Assembly: GCA_049314435.1 (NCBI GenBank)
Contig: JBMOFD010000055.1
Location: 1-13,372, forward strand
Length of the DNA: 13,372 nt
From: Chlamydiia bacterium
Lineage (GTDB): Bacteria; Chlamydiota; Chlamydiia; Chlamydiales; JBMOFD01
Direction of reading: 5' to 3'
Shown here: positions 8,672 through 13,372 of the stretch, piece by piece
Layout: every line of letters starts with the position of its first letter
How positions within the stretch are numbered: the stretch's first letter is position 1
Position numbers and translations under genes: made by a program
The notes under the pieces: model-generated
The model's database searches: none
Seen by the model: only the letters and a program-made list of their open reading frames with translations
Told to the model about the DNA's origin: nothing

Positions 8672-9218
8672 GGAAAGGGCAGGAGCTCCGATTCAGCCAA
8701 GAGATCTTCTGGGTGCACCACTCTCTGGGAGAGAGCGAGGTCGCCCATTGCTCCACGCAGCGGGCTTCTTCCGCACCACCAGGGTGGCCAACGTAGCAAG
8801 TGCAGGAGATGAGCCCTCCGGGGGCTAACAAGGTCTCCATGCCACGCAAGCTCTTCAATGTCGTATCGGTCTGTGTTGTACAGGTGTGATCGCCATGTGG
8901 AAGATATCCCAGGTTGTAGACGCAAAGCTGAACCGTACCTGGAGTCAGCGCCTTGGGCCACTGACTATGGCAGCCATGGATCAGCTCGATGCGGTCGAGC
9001 AGGGCAGGGTCGGAGGCTAACAGGCGCTGGCGCGTGGAGGCGATCGCTGCCTCTTGGCAGTCGATCGCCCAGACGCGACCTGCTGGACCCACCTGTTCAG
9101 CCAGGAAGAGCGCGTCGTGGCCATTGCCCGCCGTCGCATCGCAGACCAGATCACCTGGGCGAATATGCTCTCTCCAGAGTCTGTGCGCTGTTTCAGTTAC
9201 TGAAGAACTCTCTTTCAT
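8586..9218 (-). CDS. Class I SAM-dependent methyltransferase, YtqB/MnmM-like (putative rRNA methylase family)
   Basis: DATAGNGHDALFLA, AIDCQEAAI, YNLGYLPHGD and YVGHPGGAEE. Start placed at ATG 9218 (MKESS). The track's 9395 start would overlap the divergent large ORF. Confidence 0.88.
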   Translation of the reverse strand: MKESSSVTETAHRLWREHIRPGDLVCDATAGNGHDALFLAEQVGPAGRVWAIDCQEAAIASTRQRLLASDPALLDRIELIHGCHSQWPKALTPGTVQLCVYNLGYLPHGDHTCTTQTDTTLKSLRGMETLLAPGGLISCTCYVGHPGGAEEARCVEQWATSLSPREWCTQKISWLNRSSCPFLILAYKATHREPARHVPHGNPGPDAPHS

Positions 9219-9271
9219 ATTCGCAATAAAATTAAATGATTCGTTGCGTTTGTTTGCCTCAATGAGGCCGA

Positions 9272-9301
9272 TTGCATCGATCGTATCAAGGGATATACCA
9301 T
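9272..9301 (+). promoter_or_regulatory. Possible sigma70/sigma66-like promoter for the large ORF
   Basis: TTGCAT (9272-9277), 18-nt spacer, TACCAT (9296-9301). Upstream are an AT-rich tract (9225-9240) and the inverted repeat GCCTC-AAT-GAGGC (9256-9268). Weak consensus match only. Confidence 0.25.
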
Positions 9302-9365
9302 GCTCGGACATTTGTGCAGCGAATTTAGGGGAATGATGTTCGTTAGAGATGGGATATCTGGTTGT

Positions 9366-12300
9366 ATGACGCCGCCGACTAGTGGGACAGGGCAATCGGA
9401 CCAGCTAGCCGGTACGGCGACTGTCGTGGACGCTGTGCACAAGGCGATCGATGGTGTTGGTAAGGCCCTAGGATCGGCGACTCAGGTCACCAGTAAGAGC
9501 CTTGAGTCCATTGCGCGAGAGGCACTGCCCGCTATATTAGAAGACTGGGGCTTCTCTGATCTGGAGCTTCTCTTCAAGGCCCTTAGGGACGGCTCCGCTT
9601 ATGATTTTAACTTGGCCTCACTACATGCTGTGGGCCGGGATCCGGCGGCTACAGCAGCCCTTTGGACTCTCTGCAAGCAGCTGGGAGGTGAAGGAGCGGT
9701 CTGGATGTTTGTGACTGCCTTGAGTCATCAGTTTGGAACCAAGGCCGCTCATCTGATTCTGCAAAAGCTCATTTTGGAAGAGGCGCCTAGAGATCTGCAC
9801 CCCTCGGTCCCGAAGTTCGTAGCAGTTCCCCATAAGGCCGTGGCCGCCTTTCTGGAGCAGCATCTTCCTGGCTGGAGTGATCTTCCCATCCAGTCTCTTG
9901 GACAGGAGGTGGAAAAGGTCTTTGAGGCCCATCCAGAGGAATGCGTCCATCGATGCGGTCTGAGTGGGATCATGTCGAAGGCTCGCGAGAAGAACGGGTC
10001 TCTCATGGTGCGTTCCACCGGCATGGAGGACTCCAAGCAGATGTCCAATGCCGGCGGGAACGAGAGTGTCGTCGACGTGAAGCCGGAGGCTGCCTCGGTA
10101 GCTCGTGCCATAGGGAAAGTGATCGCCTCTTATATGAGTGAGGACTCGTTGGCTCAGCGACGTCTACTTGGCAATGTTCAGGAGAAAAGCCCCTTTGTGC
10201 CAGTTCTGGTGCAGACGATGTTTGGGGAGTCGGAGTCCGCTGGTGCTGAAGAGATCCCCGTAGGTGGGGCCTTCTTCACGCAGGAGGCTCAGGGCCCCAC
10301 ACCAGGGCTTGTCGTGATCCAGGCGACCTATGGCCATGGTGAGGGTGTCATGATGGGGAAGGGCCCCAGCGACTCCTACTATCTGCTGGATGGCCAACGC
10401 TACTCCGCCGTAAGTTCGAAGCGTTACCGACTGGTTCCGGGTGGGGGTCGGCTCGTCCCTGAAATGAACGAGCCTGAGGTCTGGGATCGTCCTGCCCTCT
10501 CTCCCGCTGTGCTCGCTCACTTCGAGAAGCTATGTCGCCATTTCGAGAGAGTCTATGGATGCCCGATGGATGGTGAGTTTGTCTGGGATCCAGTGAAGCA
10601 GCGTCTGCACATCGTGCAGGTGCGCCCCATTGTCATGCGCCCCGCTCAAGGCAGCTACGTCGATCTCCAACAGGCTAAGAAGCTCCAGCGAGTCCGCATG
10701 AAAGAGTGTGTAGTCTCTGCTGGAGGAGGAGTCGTCACGGTTGAGAAGCCCGCTCAGATCGTCTTTGCGAAGACGCTTCTGCAGGCTCTTCAGGATCTAA
10801 AGAGCAGGCCCAAGGGGACTGTTCGGGCGGCTGTGGTTGAATCGAGCTGTAAGATCCTCGAACACGGGGCCTCCGTGTTCAGGGAAGCCCAGATCCCTCT
10901 CCTCGTGGGATCCAAGGTGGAGATCCCCAACAAGCACCAGCTCCTCGTTGATCCCCAGAGATGCAGTCTCTGGGTCGTCCATGAGCACTTGGAGACGATG
11001 CGGAGTCTTGCCGAGTGGTTCGGTCAGCCATGGACCGAGCCGGAGATCATTCGGAAGGGCACGATCCGTCACCCCATAGCGGCTGTACTCTCCTCTATGG
11101 CGACCCACGGAAGTAGAACGATTGCGCAGGTTCTGGGTGAGGGTGAACAGAACCGTCTTCTTGCTGGTCGCACCTGGCGACCTGACCCCGATGGCCCTCT
11201 GGAAAGCCTACTCGATGCCATCGGAGATGCCGAGCAGCCTGAGCAGCTGCGCGCAGCCTACGCCTTTCTGAGCTATGCCTTGGCCAGACGCATGGAAGCG
11301 CTCAAGAAGGCAGGTGCTTCGCACCGGATCCAAGTGTCCTTCCGGACGACCTGGCAGCAGATCGAGACGCTTGGGGCGCAGGGTATTCTGTATGCACAGG
11401 GGGCTGCGGCGCATGCCGACAAGCGCATTCCTCTGATGGCCAGCTGGGTCTCGGCTCTGCTCACCCAAGAAGGAACTTCTACCTTGGGTCGTTCCATTGC
11501 GCAGGTGTTGCGATCACATAGAGAACCGCCCCTGGCCACCCCCGAACAGATGAACGAGATCCAGAAGGTTTGGGAAGCTGAAAAGATGGATCATCGGCTG
11601 GAGGAGGTGGGTCGGGTACTCATGGCCCTGCAGACGGTGATCTTCGATCCCGATCTAAAGGATCGTTGGCCGCAGATCGTGAGAGCTCTCCTTCTAAGCG
11701 GACCGGTGGGCTCTAGTGATGTCTTGGAGGCTGTATCGGCCCTGCAAGAGCTCGACTTGCTCACGTCATGGATCAATGGTCCCTGCGCTGAGAAGCTTCG
11801 TTCCATGACCACTGCAAGCGCTGCCGAGGCGCTGACTGATGTCATGGGCGCGATGATGTCATGGGACCTGGACATCAGAGAACTTCAGTCTGACAGCAGC
11901 GCGCTACGTCTTCAAATGGCGACGGGTTGGCAGGAGCTCTCCTCCTGGGAGAAGCTGGAGGGCTTTGAAGGGCGTTGGATAGAATTTAGAGAGCTGGTTC
12001 TCGATCGGGTCAAGAAGTATGTATCGCTGCTAAGAGGTCTGGAAGGTGAGACGAGGAAGATCCAAGCCGCACGTCTATTAGCTCAGGCCATTGATCTCAC
12101 CGATGCGGTGATCAAGATGGTGCAGGGTGCTCCCGGCATACCTATAGAGGAACGACGTCGGCGGGTGTGCTGCATGGTGCGCAACTTCACGATGCTCTCG
12201 ATGCTAGTGGTGGAGGTTGTCATGGATGTGCCAAAGGAAGAGACTTTGCCAGTGACCCGTACGTTTTGGGAGTATGAACATGGAGGACGGACTCTTAGCT

Positions 12301-13372
12301 ATTTTTCTATTTGGACGAATGCCGTTCGTGCGTTAGCGGATGAGGCCCAGCTCGGTAAGTGGCGCGAGGATCACCATGGATTCCTACAGCCAGGCAAGTT
12401 GATTGTCTCCGGTGCCATCTTCACGGCAGGCACAAGACCCTCCAGACACATCGGCGGCGTCACGGATATCAAGGCCAATCAGAATGAGCAGGAAGAGTTG
12501 TGGCCGCTCTGTCTAACGACCAAGGATGATGAGATCACCCTCTCCCATCAGAACGGGATGGCGGCATGTTGGCTCGTGGACACATGGCTCCTATCGGTTA
12601 CCAAGGCGCTACCTATAGAGAGTGTGCTGCTCATCAAGGGGCTCGCTGGGGCACAGGTCCGGCGTATCTCCTTCGAAGGTCGTCGAGTGAAGACTGAGCT
12701 ATCACTGCCTCTGCGCAATCACGCAGCGAGTGTGATGATCCTTCAGGACCCAAGTAGCCCAGTGATTCACGTCGAGTTGAGCCTCGTGGGCCACAACCTC
12801 AACAGTCGATGGGAGCGTTGTGGTCGTCTTCTCAAGGGCACATATCCCACGCTCACGTGGGAGATTGAAAAGCGAGTTGGGTCCCCGCAGACGCCTGAAC
12901 CTGAATCGGCTTCGCAGCTATTTCGAGCGGTACTCGAGCTAAACTGCGGATCTCTAGACGATTCTGGTCGGTTGGGTAAGGACCTGAGCTCGGCTTTGAA
13001 TGCTACAAATGGAGGCTTGTCCCCCGTACTGCTCGGACGGAGTATAGCGGCCCAGTCGCTTGGCGCCATAGTCCGACTCTTGGCTTGGAGGATGACGCAG
13101 GTCGATGTAAACCAGTTTGCGTGGAAAGCGGACATCAGAGAGCTGTTCAGAGGGAATGAGGGGAACCTTTCCGCTGAGGAGCATGTTGAAGCATTACGGT
13201 TCTTAAAACAGCCCTGGATGTCGGGAATGCAAACGGACTCTGCTGTCGAACAGCGCAGGAAGGTTCTGCTGGATGATCTGTGGGAAGACCCCGACTGGCT
13301 TCTCTCCGTGGCTTCAAAGAGTCCTAGGAATTTGCTGCTAGGAAACAGGACCGGATTTTTGGACCGTCGAGC
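9366..13372 (+). CDS. Large PPDK/PEP-synthase N-terminal (ATP-grasp) plus phosphohistidine swivel domain protein with an uncharacterised C-terminal region; 3' end truncated by the window edge
   Basis: Manually translated: no stop from after TGA 9237-9239 to the window end; in-frame ATGs at 9300, 9333, 9336 and 9366. Motifs FGTKAAHL (9732), LMVRSTGMEDSKQMSNAGGNES (10002), VLVQTM, GHGEGV (10332), PMDGEF (10563), IVQVRPI (10611) and EHGASVFREAQIPLLVG (His 10863). Absent from the ORF track, presumably because it has no stop inside the window. Confidence 0.9.
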   Translation, partial: MTPPTSGTGQSDQLAGTATVVDAVHKAIDGVGKALGSATQVTSKSLESIAREALPAILEDWGFSDLELLFKALRDGSAYDFNLASLHAVGRDPAATAALWTLCKQLGGEGAVWMFVTALSHQFGTKAAHLILQKLILEEAPRDLHPSVPKFVAVPHKAVAAFLEQHLPGWSDLPIQSLGQEVEKVFEAHPEECVHRCGLSGIMSKAREKNGSLMVRSTGMEDSKQMSNAGGNESVVDVKPEAASVARAIGKVIASYMSEDSLAQRRLLGNVQEKSPFVPVLVQTMFGESESAGAEEIPVGGAFFTQEAQGPTPGLVVIQATYGHGEGVMMGKGPSDSYYLLDGQRYSAVSSKRYRLVPGGGRLVPEMNEPEVWDRPALSPAVLAHFEKLCRHFERVYGCPMDGEFVWDPVKQRLHIVQVRPIVMRPAQGSYVDLQQAKKLQRVRMKECVVSAGGGVVTVEKPAQIVFAKTLLQALQDLKSRPKGTVRAAVVESSCKILEHGASVFREAQIPLLVGSKVEIPNKHQLLVDPQRCSLWVVHEHLETMRSLAEWFGQPWTEPEIIRKGTIRHPIAAVLSSMATHGSRTIAQVLGEGEQNRLLAGRTWRPDPDGPLESLLDAIGDAEQPEQLRAAYAFLSYALARRMEALKKAGASHRIQVSFRTTWQQIETLGAQGILYAQGAAAHADKRIPLMASWVSALLTQEGTSTLGRSIAQVLRSHREPPLATPEQMNEIQKVWEAEKMDHRLEEVGRVLMALQTVIFDPDLKDRWPQIVRALLLSGPVGSSDVLEAVSALQELDLLTSWINGPCAEKLRSMTTASAAEALTDVMGAMMSWDLDIRELQSDSSALRLQMATGWQELSSWEKLEGFEGRWIEFRELVLDRVKKYVSLLRGLEGETRKIQAARLLAQAIDLTDAVIKMVQGAPGIPIEERRRRVCCMVRNFTMLSMLVVEVVMDVPKEETLPVTRTFWEYEHGGRTLSYFSIWTNAVRALADEAQLGKWREDHHGFLQPGKLIVSGAIFTAGTRPSRHIGGVTDIKANQNEQEELWPLCLTTKDDEITLSHQNGMAACWLVDTWLLSVTKALPIESVLLIKGLAGAQVRRISFEGRRVKTELSLPLRNHAASVMILQDPSSPVIHVELSLVGHNLNSRWERCGRLLKGTYPTLTWEIEKRVGSPQTPEPESASQLFRAVLELNCGSLDDSGRLGKDLSSALNATNGGLSPVLLGRSIAAQSLGAIVRLLAWRMTQVDVNQFAWKADIRELFRGNEGNLSAEEHVEALRFLKQPWMSGMQTDSAVEQRRKVLLDDLWEDPDWLLSVASKSPRNLLLGNRTGFLDRR

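Noticed and set aside
9219..9395. Track's N-terminal extension of the methyltransferase (and likewise of nusB, 5127-5306)
   Set aside because: The extensions cover an AT-rich divergent promoter region or neighbouring genes, and family similarity starts at the later ATGs.
11837..11865. 12-bp direct repeat TGATGTCATGGG twice with a 17-nt period
   Set aside because: Only two copies, inside a CDS and read in different frames; no evidence of function and not CRISPR-like.
11109..13140. Short internal similarities in the large ORF: GSRTIAQVL (11109), GRSIAQVL (11487), GRSIAAQSL (13035); GGACATCAGAG at 11870 and 13130
   Set aside because: Matches are at most 11 bp, irregularly spaced, and the flanks do not align; not a convincing repeat architecture.
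9621..13184. Numerous short ORFs from the track in the right 4 kb
   Set aside because: They are antisense or out-of-frame shadows of the single long + strand ORF and have no recognisable motifs.

Overview
GC-rich bacterial chromosomal window. Gene content and order suggest an environmental Chlamydiae (Chlamydiia)-type genome; this is an inference. The left 9.2 kb carries an Rsm22/METTL17-like methyltransferase (-), an intact MntA/HepT (MNT-HEPN) toxin-antitoxin pair, cydAB, a DEDD 3'-5' exonuclease, nusB, murB, a PHP-domain hydrolase, folC, and a convergent YtqB/MnmM-like methyltransferase (-). The right 4 kb looks gene-poor in the supplied ORF track. Manual translation shows it is one uninterrupted + strand ORF of more than 1330 codons that runs off the window end. 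It encodes a Ser/Thr/Pro/Gly-rich N-terminus, a PEP-synthase/PPDK-type ATP-grasp domain, a divergent phosphohistidine swivel domain (His codon 10863), and more than 790 aa that do not resemble the PEP/pyruvate-binding barrel. This is a candidate dikinase-type phosphotransferase of unknown substrate, possibly a secreted effector, and is the most interesting element of the window.
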